Shown here one piece after another: positions 14,025 through 27,080 of a DNA stretch of 64,000 nucleotides. The stretch is taken from the NCBI GenBank assembly GCA_035221665.1, contig CM069131.1, positions 133,424,001 through 133,488,000 on the forward strand. Reading direction: 5' to 3'. This stretch comes from Okamejei kenojei (taxonomy: Eukaryota). Each line of letters begins with the position of its first letter. Position 1 is the stretch's first letter. The position numbers and the translations under genes were made by a program. Below the pieces are notes generated by a model. It worked only from the letters and a program-made list of their open reading frames with translations. It did not search any database and had not been told where the DNA came from.

Positions 14025-17000
14025 CGCCAGGTGTGTCGAGATGGGGCTCCTAAAGGACTGTGTTAGGAACCTGGAGCAGCAGCTCGATGACCTCCGTCTC
14101 CTCAGGGAGAGTGAGGAGGTAATAGAGAGGAGCTACAGGGAGGTAGTCACTCCCAGACCACAGGAGGCAGACAAGTGGGTCATGGTTAGGAAGGGCAAGG
14201 GGCAGAGGCAGGGGCTAGAGAGTACCCCTGTGACCGTACACCTGGAAAATAGGTACTCAGGTTTGAGTACGATTGGAGGGGACAGCCTAGCTGGGGGCAG
14301 CAACAGCGGCCGGGCCTCCGGCACGGAGACCGGCCCTGATGCTCAGAAGGGTAGCAAAAAGAGGAGGGCAATTGTAATAGGGGACTCTATAGTTAGGGGG
14401 TCGGATAGGCGATTCTGTAGACGCAGTCGGGAGACCCGGATGGTAGTTTGCCTCCCTGGTGCCAGGGTCTCGCATGTGTCAGAACGTGTACAAAAGATTC
14501 TGATAAGGGAGGGAGAGGAGCCTGATGTTGTGGTACACATAGGTACCAATGACATAGGCAGAAAAAGTGACGAGGTCCTGAAGGGAGAATTTAGGGAGTT
14601 GGGGGGGAAAGTTAAGGAGAAGGACCAAAAGGGTAACGATTTCAGGATTACTGCCTGTGCCGCGTGAAAGTGATAGTAGGAATGAAATGAGGTGGAGGAT
14701 AAATGCGTGGCTGAGGGACTGGTGCAGTGGGCAGGGATTCAAGTTTCTTGATCACTGGGACCTCTTTTGGGGAAGGCATGATCTGTACACAAAGGACGGG
14801 TTGCACTTGAACCCGAGGGGGACCAATATCCTGGCCGGGAGATTTGCAAAGGCTACTGGGGAGACTTTAAACTAGAAAGGCTGGGGGGAGGGACTCGGGT
14901 AGAGGGGGCTAGGGGTCAGGGTGTGGGGCAAGAGGCAGAGAAGGGAAGCACTCGGATCCAAAATGTAGGCGAGAAAGATGAAAAAGATAATAGACAGAGA
15001 ATAAGGGATGGTGGGTTTCTAAAATGTGTATATTTTAATGCGAGGAGCATTGTAAGTAAGGTGGATGAACTTAGAGCCTGGATTGACACCTGGAAATATG
15101 ATGTTGTGGCAATCAGTGAAACATGGTTGCAGGAGGGCTGTGATTGGAAACTAAATATTCCAGGAGTTTGTTGCTTCAGGTGTGATAGAATTGGAGGGTC
15201 CAGAGGGGGAGGTGTTGCATTGCTTGTCAGAGAAGATATTACAGCAGTGCTTTGGCAGGATAGATTAGAGGGCTCGTCTAGGGAGGCTATTTGGGTGGAA
15301 CTGAGAAGTGGGAACTGTGTAGCAACACTTTTAGGGGTGTACTATAGACCACCAAATGGGGAGCGAGAATTGGAAGAGCAAATATGTAAGGAGATAGCAG
15401 ATATTAGTAGTAAGCACAAGGTAGTGATTGTGGGAGATTTCAATTTTCCAAAAATAGACAGGGAAACACATTCTGTAAATGGGCTGGATGGTTTGGAGTT
15501 TGTTAAATGTGTGCAGGATAGTTTTTTTGCAGCAGTACATAGAGGTATCGACCAGAGAAGGGGCAGTGCTGGACCTCCTGTTAGGAAATGAGGCAGGTCA
15601 GGTGACGGAGGTATGCGTTGGTGAGCACTTCGGGACCAGTGATCACAATACCATTAGTTTCAATATAATTATGGAGAGAGTCAGAACTGGACCTAGGGTG
15701 GAGATTTTTGATTGGAGAAAGGCTAACTTTGAGGGAATGCGTAAGGATTTTAAAGGAGTGAATTGGGACACTTTGTTTCATGGGAAGGATGTAGAAGAGA
15801 AATGGAGGACATTTAAAGGGGAAATTGTAAGAGTACAGAATCTTTATGTCCCTGTTACGTTGAAAGGAAATAGTAAAAATTGGAAAGAGCCATGGTTTTC
15901 AAGGGAAATTGGACACTTGTTTCGAAAAAAGAGAGATATCTACAATAATTATAGGAGGCATGGAGTAAATGAGGTGCTAGAGGAGTATAAAGAATGTAAA
16001 AAGAATCTTAAGAAAGAAATTAGGAAGGCTAAAAGAAGATATGAGGTTGCTTTGGCAAGAAAGGTGAAAGTAAACCCAAAGGGTTTCTACAGCTATATTA
16101 ATAGCAAAAGGATAACGAGGGATAAAATTGGACCATTAGAGAACCAGAATGGACAGCTATCTGCAGAGCCAAAAGAGATGGGGGAGATATTGAACAATTT
16201 CTTTTCTTCGGTATTCACCAAGGAGAAGGATATTGAACTCTGTGAGTTAAGGGGAAAAAGTAGAGTAGCTATGGAAACTATGAGATTCAAAGAGGAGGAA
16301 GTACCGACACTTTTGAAAAATATAAAAGTGGATAAGTCTCCAGGTCCTGACAGGATATTCCCTAGGACATTGAGGGAAGTTAATGTAGAAATAGCAGGAG
16401 CTATGACAGAAATATTTCAAATGTCATTAGAAACGGGAATAGTGCCGGAGGATTGGCGTACTGCGCATGTTGTTCCATTGTTGAAAAAGGGTTCAAAGAA
16501 TAAACCTAGCAATTATAGACCTATAAGTTTGACGTCAGTGGTGGGCAAATTAATGGAACGGATACTTAGAGATAATATATATAAGCATCTGGATAAACAG
16601 GGTCTGATCAGGAACAGTCAACATGGATTTGTGCCTGGAAGGTCATGTTTGACAAACCTTCTTGAATTTTTTGAAGCGGTAACTAGGGAAATTGATGAGG
16701 GTAAAGCAGTGGATGGCTGTTTGTCAGGTTGGAAGCCGGTGACCAGTGGGGTGCCTCAGGGATCTGTGTTGGGTCCACTGTTGTTTGTCATGTACATCAA
16801 TGATCTGGATGATGGGGTGGAAAATTGGATAAGTAAGTATGCAGATGATACTAAGATAGGTGGTGTTGTGGATAATGAAGTAGATTTTCAAAGTCTACAG
16901 AGAGATTTGGGCCATTTGGAAAAGTGGGCTGAAAGATGGCAGATGGAGTTTAATGCTGTTAAGTGTGAAGTGCTACATCTTGGCAGGACAAATCAAAATA

Positions 17001-17768
17001 GGAAGTACATGGTAAATGGTAGGGAATTGAGGAATGCTGTGGAACAGAGGGATCTAGGAATAACTGTGCATAGTTCCCTGAAGGTGGAATCGCATGTAGA
17101 TAGGGTGGTAAAGAAAGCCTTTGGTGTGCTGGCCTTTATAAATCAGAGCATTGAATATAGGAGTAGGGAAGTAATGTTAAAAATGTACAAGGCATTGGTA
17201 AGACCAATTCTGGAGTATGGTGTACAATTTTGGTCGCCTAGTTATAGGAAGGATGTCAACAAAATAGAGAGAGTACAGAGGAGATTTACTAGAATGTTGC
17301 CAGTGTTCCAGCAACTATGTTACAGAGAAAGGTTGAACAAGTTAGGTCTTTATTCTTTGGAGCGCAGAAGGTTAAGGGGGGACTTGATTGAGGTCTTTAA
17401 AATGAAGAAAGGGATAGACAGAGTTGACGTGGATACGTTTTTCCCATTGAGGGTAGGGAAGATTCAAACAAGAGGGCATGACATGAGAATTAAGGGACAG
17501 AAGTTTTGGGGTAACGTGAGGGGGAACTTCTTTACTCAGAGGGTGGTGGCTGTGTGGAATGAGCTTCCAGCAGAAGTGGTGGAGGCAGGATTGATTTTAA
17601 CATTTAAGAGTAAAGTGGATAGGTATATGGACGTGAAGGGAATGGAGGGGTATGGTCTGAGTGCAGGTAGATGGGACTAGGGGAAAACAAATGGTCGGCA
17701 CGGACTGGAAGGGCCGAGAGGGCCTGTTTCCGTGCTGTAATTGTTATATGTTATATGGTTATATGGTT
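14025..17768 (+). mobile_element. Young CR1 LINE, 5'-truncated within ORF1 (copy 1)
   Basis: ORF1 SGNH/GDSL esterase (IGDS, HIGTND, DGLH); ORF2 APE endonuclease (NARS, SETW, GDFN, SDH) and RT (GVPQGSVLGP, YADD); (TTATATGG)n tail; possible AACT duplication at 14021-14024 / 17769-17772; two +1 homopolymer frameshifts and a 147-bp RT deletion. Confidence 0.95.
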
Positions 17769-17769
17769 A

Positions 17770-19698
17770 ACTGGAGAAAGGATAGGGCAAGAGTTTATTA
17801 GCAAAAGGCACAGTATTTATATTGATAAACTAAAGGAATGCAAAGTTGTTTTAGAAACAAAGAATTTTGAATTTAGAAATGGTAGAAGACCTCCATCAGA
17901 TTACAAGATTCTCTATGGAGTTGGATCACAATTATGAGAAATAGCACACCGATAAACTTACGGGGAAGATGACTGGATAAAATGTTCACAGACTCTTGTA
18001 CAATGAAGATAATAATATTGGAAATAAATGAAAATGCACAATAAGTTTTACTCTTATTCATTTTTTTTAATTAAAGCCTGTGAATTACAGAGATGGACAT
18101 TTCACATTAAAAGGAGGCAATGCATAGCCAGACAACCCTTTCACTTTTCAATACAAAATGAAAAATAAACAGTAGTATTGAGTTTGGGAAGAAATCACCT
18201 AATAAATATTTGAAGCATATTTACATATATATAAACCCAAATCTGTAAGTGCAATAAGTCCCACCAGTGCACCATGACTGGCTTTTGCGTTGAGTTCATA
18301 TAGAATTCCAGTGCTCAGTACATTTGTTTTCAAAATGAGCTTTATGGTGGTTTAAAAAAAAAATACTTTGAGAAACAAGAACTCAAATTTAAATGTTGTT
18401 GGCGGAAAGGTCGATGCATATAAAATCTACTAATCACATTATTGAAAACAGTACCATTCTTCAAGAAATTCTTGCAATGTTAACCATATCCCTTTGATTT
18501 GTAGAAAAAAAACTTTTAATAGTATTCAAAAGATATTTTGGAAGTTATTTACATAATAATGTATTAGTGACCGGACATTAGTATGTAGCATAATGTTGGC
18601 TTTAATAAACCCGAGCAGCTATCCTGAATGACAAAAGATTGTTTGATCCCAATACCTGAATCAGCTTTCGATGAAGTATTGATTTGATGAAAGTGGAAAT
18701 ATTGAAACATAGCACACAACGCAGTGGAGCAAAATAGAAACATTTTCAAAAGAAATATAAAAAAAATAGCAATAATCTTATTGACCAAGAGGAAAGTGAA
18801 ATTTAATGATAGAAGGCATATCTGGAAAGATAGATGGCAGTACAAATTGAAATCTGGGAAAGCAATCAATGTGCGCCTGGCTGGGTATGTTATTGGCTGA
18901 ATTAAAATATTAATTATTATTCCCATTGTGTATGTGGATCAGAACCAATATTCTGAGTGCAAAAAAAAACAATGGGAGTAATGTTCTGAAGATGTTCTGA
19001 CATGGGGAATCTTGGTCACCAGCAGCTCAATTTGCAAACCAGTAGTAGGATTGCCTGCAACCCTTTGACATTTGTAATTAATGAGGAACTTTTCCTGCTA
19101 GTTAAATATATGCCCCTGATATTGAAATTACAGGTAATTATGTATCACATGTATAAACTAATTGTTTGCCTTTTGCCTTGAGGCTAGGTAGAAGATTGAG
19201 CTTCCTAAAATTCTCCTTTTCAGTTTGGGAACCCCCACGACTAAATTCAATTGATTTCAATGATGAGCACATTTAGATTTTTTTAGTAGCAACATTTTTG
19301 CAGAAGACCATGATCAGCTCTTATATCGATGATTCCATAATCTTCAAGAAGAAAAAGGATGAAATTCCGGAAATTAATATGGGAAATTGGCCATTTTCTT
19401 CATGATCTACAACCAATGATTGAAATGGCACAATGATTGAAAAAGTGACATGTTCCCACATTTAAATTAGTAGATCAAATGGGAAGAAAAGCAGCAATTT
19501 TTGCTTTTCTCCAAAAGTGAAAATTAGCTCCATTAAATGTAAACACTGAATCTATCAAACCTTCATGTTTTTCTATAACGACACTCAGTTTAGTAGTGAT
19601 CTAATATGAATACATCTACCGCATCCCTTGCGACCAGCCTTTTTCAACAATTCAGTCTAAGAACCTGTATAATGCACAGTGAAATTAACCATAATTCA
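17770..19698 (-). other. ITGA2: Probable ITGA2 3' UTR with AATAAA at 17799-17794
   Basis: About 1.9 kb of AT-rich sequence with no recognisable repeats after the stop, ending at a minus-strand AATAAA. Upstream ATTAAA variants also exist. Confidence 0.55.
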
Positions 19699-19803
19699 TT
19701 ATTCTTCAGCATTATCATTGAGATTGTCATTGTCATTGTCATCGTCATCATTTTCCTCTTCGTCCTTTGCTAGTTTGTTGTATTTCCTCTTAAAGAAGCC
19801 AAG
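19699..19803 (-). CDS. ITGA2: Integrin alpha-2 last coding exon (cytoplasmic tail)
   Basis: LGFFKRKYNKLAKDEEENDDDDNDNDNLNDNAEE-TAA; GFFKR integrin alpha motif followed by KY as in alpha-2. Confidence 0.96.
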   Translation of the reverse strand, partial: LGFFKRKYNKLAKDEEENDDDDNDNDNLNDNAEE

Positions 19804-20299
19804 CTGTTGAAAACAAAGTAAGTATTCATTCACTGCTGTCAAAAATCACTGCCTCGTGTTAATTTGTTTCACATAATTATATATTTCCATTTAGGATTAT
19901 ATATGTGTAGTTGATTATATTCGGCTATATTTTCTGCTGTGGCTACAATGTAAAATTTGTTTGCTATTTTGCTTGTTTGCTATTTGGATATTGGCCACTG
20001 CCGTAGCAACGGCACTATTGGCCAAACAGTATTCATCTGAACATTATGAAATAAATACCATACGGCTCTGCTTTATAATCCTACACATAAGGCTGTTTAC
20101 ATGCGTGAATACATTATCAAATAGGTTATTTGTTTTCAAGAGTACATTATCGACTAAGCAATTAAAGATGTTTATGAGCCATGGAAAGCAAAATAATTTT
20201 ATGATGACTCTAAACCAAAAAAGGCAAATTAATAATCAGTTACTATCTCTCTCGCTCTCTAAGCCTTATGATTATTTGAAAACCAGAGAAGTTACTTAC

Positions 20300-20416
20300 T
20301 TTCCATAGGGCACCAATGAGTGCTAAAAGCACAAGTAATCCACCTATGACACTCCCCGCAATCACTCCGACAGGAACATGAACTTTTCCCACAGGTTTGA
20401 TTAATGTAACTGGGAT
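20300..20416 (-). CDS. ITGA2: Integrin alpha-2 transmembrane exon (29 equivalent)
   Basis: 117 nt: IPVTLIKPVGKVHVPVGVIAGSVIGGLLVLLALIGALWK. Confidence 0.96.
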
Positions 20417-20538
20417 CTAAATGTCAAAATGAAAAGCACAGCCAAAAGTCAGTTCTGTTAAAAGTTCCATTAAACCTATTAACTCTAAAAAAAAGAAGCA
20501 AAATTTGATCAATCTCATGGTCATGCTGGAAGACATAA

Positions 20539-20864
20539 AGCCCTGTCTCACGGTACGAGTTCATTCCAAGAGCTCTCCCGAGTTTGCCCTGATTCGAACT
20601 CGGAGATTTACGGTAATGGCCACTCATCGGTACTCGGGGCTCTCGTGGACATTCTCAATATGTTGAAAAATCTTCACGAGAATTCCGTGCTTACCTGCCG
20701 TTATCGAGTCTTCCCGAGTACCTGCCGTTAGCGTTACGAGCCGCTAAGAGAAGTCCCCGAGCTCCAACGTATCCGCTACGTTCATTCTCCGTGCTTACCA
20801 CGAGTTTGATTTTTTTTTAACTCGGGAGAGCGCTTGGAATGAACTCGTACCGTGGGACAGGGCT
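20539..20864. mobile_element. MITE with 46-bp TIRs, probably PIF/Harbinger type
   Basis: AGCCCTGTCTCACGGTACGAGTTCATTCCAAGAGCTCTCCCGAGTT and its reverse complement at 20819-20864 (44/46 match). Confidence 0.88.
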
Positions 20865-22005
20865 ATTACATTTTCTGTTTGTGAACAATACGCAGGACAT
20901 AGTTGGAGTTTGTTGTTTGTACAATTAATAATTTTAAAAGCAACTTAAATCAGGAAAAGTTAAAATTATGTGGACGCAAGGCAATGCAGATTCTGGTTTA
21001 AAAAAAGACACAAAGTGCTGGAGAACTCAGCGGGTCATGCAGCACCTCTGTAGAACATAGATGGGTGACATTTTGGGTCAGGACCCTTCTTCAGTCTTTA
21101 AAATTATGTTGCTTATTTATGGAAAACTGCCAGACTCTCATAGTCAGAAATTTTATACTGTTTTGCAGATGGTAAGGATAGCAATAAATGGCAGTGGGGC
21201 CATTCTTTGCATTAGCGCACAATAATAATTTAAAAACAGACAATGCAATTTAAATATAAATTGTGGCTCTCCTGCCAAGTTGAACATAGAAATGATCTGG
21301 CTAAAGACCAAAGAAGTGTCTTTCATTACTTTGTGTTGCTCTGTCTAGGAGGAGCAGCAGTTCTTATAAATAAAGCATAACCTCGCATTTTGAATGCTAG
21401 AAATATTAAGTATCTGGTCCTTACTTATGTTGGGGCGGTGGGGGGAGGTCACTGAAGTTCTTGATCTTCTGCCACCTGTTCTCCCAATAACCAATGTTAA
21501 TGGGAAATGCTGTGTGTGCTCCTCCAAGAGCAACACAAGTGATGCAGTGTCTGCAGATAGATATCCCAACCCAGGAACAGTAAGTGTAAATCCACGCCAG
21601 ACATGCAGTCCGGGGCAGCTGCTACAAGAAGCAGCAGGGCAGTAAATACTGCTGGCGCCTTAAGCTTCTTCACCAGCTCTAGAAAATTGGGTCATCTGCA
21701 GGGAACCCTGGAAACACCCAGTAGAAGTACTGCTGTTTGGATGGAAAATCAGCTCCAACATTTATTTAGACAACAGAGAAAGAGAAATTAAAATTATGTC
21801 TGTGAGAATGCTTAACTTCATATATCATTTTAAAGTCATTATTTCTACTTTGCCCAGACTCTTTGTCTCTTTTACCTATTCTCCTTCTGTCAATATTTCA
21901 GTCTGTTTATCATATTTTAAGTCTCAACTACAATAAGTCTTTTGATTCAATATAAAATTAGAAAAGTCGTAAATGGATTAGAGTGGTAATGTTTAGGATA
22001 CTCAC

Positions 22006-22092
22006 TGATAATGTATTGTTTTTGATGACCAACAATTGGCCGTTTATATCAATCTGTGCAGCCAGACTCAATATTATGCTTTGAAAGATGGC
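22006..22092 (-). CDS. ITGA2: Integrin alpha-2 exon (28 equivalent)
   Basis: 87 nt: AIFQSIILSLAAQIDINGQLLVIKNNTLS; AG/GTGAG. Confidence 0.91.
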
Positions 22093-23398
22093 CTAAAATA
22101 AAGGGAGATAAGATTGTTAGTAAAGGTTTTAAAACTGCAATCATTTAATCTGAGAGAAAAATAAGAAAAAGGACAGCTATTTAATTAAGTTCAAGTTACA
22201 TTTAGTGTCACCCTTGGTACAATGAATTTTGAATTACCATTCAGCCATACAAATAAAAAGAACACAATACATGATAGAATTTAACATAAACATCCCCCAC
22301 AGCAGAATCAATGTTTCCCACTGTGAGGGAAGGCAATAAAGTTCAGTCATCTTTCTCTTTGTTCACCCGTGGTCGGGGCCTTTGAACCCTCTGCAGTCGC
22401 CGCTATGGCGGCCCGGTGTTCAGGCCCTCTCGCCGGGATGATCGGAACTCCGACATCGGAATAGAAGAACCCTCTCAGTGGCTTGGAGTTTCCGAATCGG
22501 CACTGCTTACTGGAGACCGCGGCTCCCGAAGTCTATAGACCGAGCTGGGCGGAATTAAGAGTAAAGCAAATACATACAATCCATCTTGGCTCCATTTCAT
22601 ACCCTCAATGTAAAAAAAGCCAATCATTCATCCACTTAGATTCACTTTCTGTGCTATTAGAAAGTGGCTGAAGGCATTTAAGGTTGCAAAGACTGAACGA
22701 CTACTGATCCTGGCTGTAGTACTGAAGAGTTGCATATCAAAGTATACCTTGCTGCAGTAAAGTTACGATCATGATGTGGAGCATTGCCCGTTTACAAGAA
22801 GCTGATGAAAAGCAGGATAAATTCAAAACAGGTCCTTCACTTTACACCAATGCACCAAATGTGCTTCAAACAGCTTTGGTAAAACTGAAAGTCACAGGAC
22901 ATTAAGGTCAAAACACTAGAAAGCGCCACAAGGCAAAAACCAGTCATGTGCAGTATTCTCCATTTGCTTGGATTTGTGTAGCTCCAATAGAACTCAACTC
23001 GCTTAACGTGATCCAAGACTGAGAAACTTGTCTGATTGGCACCTAATCTGTCCCAAATGTCCGCTCTTACACCATGACTGCGGTGTTGCTGCATGGTGTA
23101 CTAGCTGCAGAATGCATAGCAGTTATTCAACTCGGCTACTCTGGCTGTCTCCTAGATTGTGACGTTTACAAGCAGGCACATTGGAAGGCATCATTCCACT
23201 GGTCCTTCATCATCTGTGGATCTAAATCCTGGATCGCTCCACCCAACAGCACAGTGAGAGTACCCTCACCGGAAGACTGGAGCAGTTAAAGAAGGTACAA
23301 CATCACCAGTTGTGTTGTACCCTCAAGGGCATTTATGAGTGGGCAATAAATGCTTGCCTCACCAGTGAAGCTCACATCCTGAAACATGAATAAAGAAC

Positions 23399-23677
23399 GG
23401 GGCGGCGCAGTGGGAGATTTACAGTGCCGGAGACCCGGGTTCGATCCTGGCTATGGGTGCTGGCTGTACGGATTGACAGTGCCAAGGTCTCCCCGTGACC
23501 TGCTGAGGTTTTTGCCACGATCTCCGGTTTCCACCCACACTCCAAAGACATACAGTTTTGTAGGTTTGATCTAATTGTAAATTGTCCCTAGTGTGTGTAG
23601 GATAGTGTAAGTGTGTGGGGATCGCTGGTTGGCGCAGACTTGGTGGGCTGAAAGTCCTGTTTCTAAACTAAACTAAA
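23399..23677 (+). mobile_element. V-SINE
   Basis: GGTTCGATCC B box, V-domain, (TAAAC)n tail. Confidence 0.82.
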
Positions 23678-24319
23678 TAGGCTCTGAAATGAGCATCTTT
23701 ATTGATATCTTGAATTTATACTGTCGCTCGATGTACAAAGTTGTGGACTCAACAACATTTCCTTATCTGGCATCTTTTTATTGTATAGAACACAATGTTC
23801 CACTAAGTTGACCTTTTTTCTCCCCTGGAGCCTTGTTCAAAGGCAGAGTGAAGCCAAACTACATAGGAATTTACTGCTGAATCTTAACTGAGCGGTTCAT
23901 ATTAGCCGATAGGTTAATAGAATTGAATTGTTTATTCAAAATCAATGCCATGGGTTTTGGATTGATGTCCTCCTGATTGCTCCACAGTAAACCAAGAAAA
24001 AAACCAAGGTAATTATAAAGGACTAATAATCATACATAAGATTATGAATTATAATAGCATTCTATTTTTTTCTGAATTTTCATTTCTTGGCAGACAATTA
24101 ATGTGCATTGTTAAAGAGGCAGTGATTTCTAAATCTTTGGTCATAATCACTAGCAGGACTGACTTCACAATCAATGCAATAGTTACTGCATTTCATCAGA
24201 GCTTGAATACTGCCATTTTTAAAGCTCTTTTAATGGATGGAATATTTTATTGTCACATGTGATAAGGCACTGTGAAATTCTTTGCTTGCATACCAAAGGT
24301 ATGCAAATAGTCACTGCAT

Positions 24320-26462
24320 ACGTGACCAAAAAGGTTGATGAGGGCAGAGCTGTGTACATGGACTTCAGTGAGGCATTCGACAAGATTCTCCATGGTAGAC
24401 TGCTCTGGAAGGTTAGATCGCATGGGATCCAAGGAGGGATAGCTGAATGGATAGCAAATTGGCTCCATGGATGGAAGCAGAGGGTAATGGTGGAAGGTTG
24501 CTTCTCAGACTGGATGCCTGTGACTAGTGGTGTGCCTCAGGGTGTCGGTGCCAGGCCCATTACTGTTTGTCATCTACATCAATGATTTGGATGAGAACAT
24601 ACAGGGCAAGATAAGCAACTTTGCTGATGATCCAAAAGTTAGTGGTTTTGCAGATCGTGAAGATGGTTGTGAACGATTGCAACAGGATCTGGATCAATTG
24701 GCCAGGTGGGCTGAGGAATGGTTGATGGAATTTAATACAAAGAAGTGTGAGGTGTTGCATTTTGGGACATCGAACAAGGGCAGGACCTACACAGCAAATG
24801 GCAGGCCTCTGGGTAGTGTTGTAAAGCAGAGGGATCTAGGAGTACAAGTGCATGGTTCCTTGAAGGTCGTGTCGCAGTTAGATGAGGTGGTCAAAACGAC
24901 TTTTGGCATTTTGGCCTTCATCGGTCAGAGTATTGAGTATAGAAGTGGGGAGATCATGTTGCAGTCGTATGAGATGTTGGTGAGATCGCATTTAGAATAT
25001 TGTGTTCAGTTCTGTGCACCATGTTATAGGAAGGATATTGTCAAGCTTTGAAATGGTTCAGAAAAGATTCATGAGGATGTTGCCAGGACTAGATGTTGAG
25101 TAGACTGGGTCTCTAATCCATGGAGCGCAGTAGGATGAGGGGAATAGATTGTGTAGATGCACAGAGTCTTTTGCCCAGAGTAGTGGAATCGAAGACCAGA
25201 GGATATAGGTTCAAGGTGAAGGGGAAAAGATTTAATAGGAATCTGAGAGGTAACCTTTTCACACAAAGGGTGGTGGGTGTATGGAACAAGCTGCAAGAGG
25301 AGGTAGTTGAGGCTGGGACTCTCCCATCGTTTACGAAACTGTTAGACAGGTACATGGATAGGACAGGTTTGGAGGGGCCAAGCGCTGGCAAGTGGGACTA
25401 GTGTAGCTGAGACATTGTTGGCCGGTGTGGGCGAGTTGGGCCGAAGGGCTTGGTTCCACGCTGTATATAGTGGGGTACGCAAGGCTCAGTGCTGGGACCC
25501 CAGCTATTTACAATATATATTAATGATTTGGACGAGGGAACTGAATGCAACATCTCCAAGTTTGTGGATGACACTAAGCGGGCGGGTAGTGTTAGATGTG
25601 AGAAGGATGCTAGGAGGCTGCAAGGTGAGACTGGGTGAGTGGGCAAATGCATGGCAGATGCAGTACAATGTGGATAAATGTGAGGTTATCCACTTTGGTG
25701 GCAAAAACAGGGTAGACTATTATCTGAATGGTGGCAGATTAGGAAAAGGGGAGATGCAACGAGACCTGGGTGTCATGGTACACCAGTCATTGAAAGTAAG
25801 CATGCAGGTGCAGCAGGCAATGAAGAAAGCAAATGGTATGTTAGCATTCATAGCGAAAGGATTTGAGTATAGGAGCAGGGAGGTTCTACTGCAGTTGTAC
25901 AGGGTTTTGGTGAGACCACACCTGGAGTATTGCTTACAGTTTTGGTCTCCAAATCTGAGAAAGACATTCTTGTCATAGAGGGGGTACAGAGAAGGTTCAC
26001 CAGACTGATTCCTGGGATGTCAAGACTTTCATATGAGGAAAGACTGGATAGACTCGGCTTGTACTCGCTAGAATTTAGAAGATAGAAACTTACAAAATTC
26101 TTAAGGGGTTGGACAGGCTAGATGCTGGAAGATTGTTCCCGATGTTGGGGAGGTCCAGAACAAGGGGTCACAGTCTAAAGATAAGGGGGAATTCCTTTAG
26201 GACCGAGATGAGGAAAACATTTTTCACTCAGAGAATGGTGAGTCTCTGGAATTATCTGCCACAGAAGGTAGTTGAGGCCAGTTCATTGGCTATATTTAAG
26301 AGGGAGTTAGATGTGGCCCTTGTGGCTAAAGGGATCAGGGGGTATGGAGAGAAGGCAGGTACAGGATACTGAGTTGGATGATCAGTCATGATCATATTGA
26401 ATGGCGGTGCAGGCTCGAAGGGCCGAATGGCTTACTCCTGCGCCCATTTTCTATGTTTCTAT
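24320..26462 (+). mobile_element. Two tandem CR1 fragments (about 24320-25465 and 25470-26462)
   Basis: YMDFSEAFD, FADD and RPHLEYC motifs; second copy ends with a (TTTCTATG)n tail. Confidence 0.88.
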
Positions 26463-26803
26463 GTATCACTCTGTGACTTTATATGGTGTTGACAAAGTTA
26501 CAAATTATCCCTGCCATCTCCTCATTTGTTCTCCCCCCTCCCCTCCTTTAGGAAGACATTGCTGTTATTATGCACAACTTGTTTTTTACGCCCCGAGAAA
26601 TGTAAGCTGAATAAACTCAGTTTACAACAGCTTTAAAATCATATGATCAACTTGCTGAATTAGATATAATGGTGTAGAGTCTTGCTGGGGTCCACCTGAT
26701 TTACCATTGCGTATTCAGGGAAATACTTTCTGCAATACTTTGCAGGATTTTCAGTGACTTTCATTTATCTTCGACAAGGCTAATGTTAGGTGATTCTGAG
26801 AGA

Positions 26804-26876
26804 TCGATGGTGGTCTAGTGGTTAGTGGTTTGGCAGATTCCCCGCAGCAGCCCGGGTTCGATTCCTGTCCAGGAAA
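26804..26876 (+). pseudogene. tRNA-Glu-derived sequence (pseudogene or SINE head)
   Basis: TCGATGGTGGTCTAGTGGTTAG...GCCCGGGTTCGATTCCTGTCCAGGAAA aligns with vertebrate tRNA-Glu; A and B boxes intact; acceptor and anticodon stems broken. Confidence 0.85.
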
Positions 26877-27080
26877 GTTGGTTTTATCTGTACACTGTGG
26901 ACGGCTCGATTATAATCTTGTACAATCTTTTCGCTGAGTGGACAGCTCGCAATAAAAAGCTTTTTAATGTACCTTGGTATACATGACAATAAACTAAACT
27001 AAACTGAAATGCTATTCCATTATGTGACCACACTTAGGATAAAACACATTTGTAAAAATGAAATTATTACTGATACTTAC

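Noticed and set aside
14014-14875. SGNH esterase as a host or horizontally acquired enzyme
   Set aside because: It is the established ORF1 esterase domain of CR1 LINEs and is repeated in the second copy.
26804-26876. Functional tRNA-Glu gene
   Set aside because: Acceptor and anticodon stems do not pair properly and the sequence is fused to a LINE tail.
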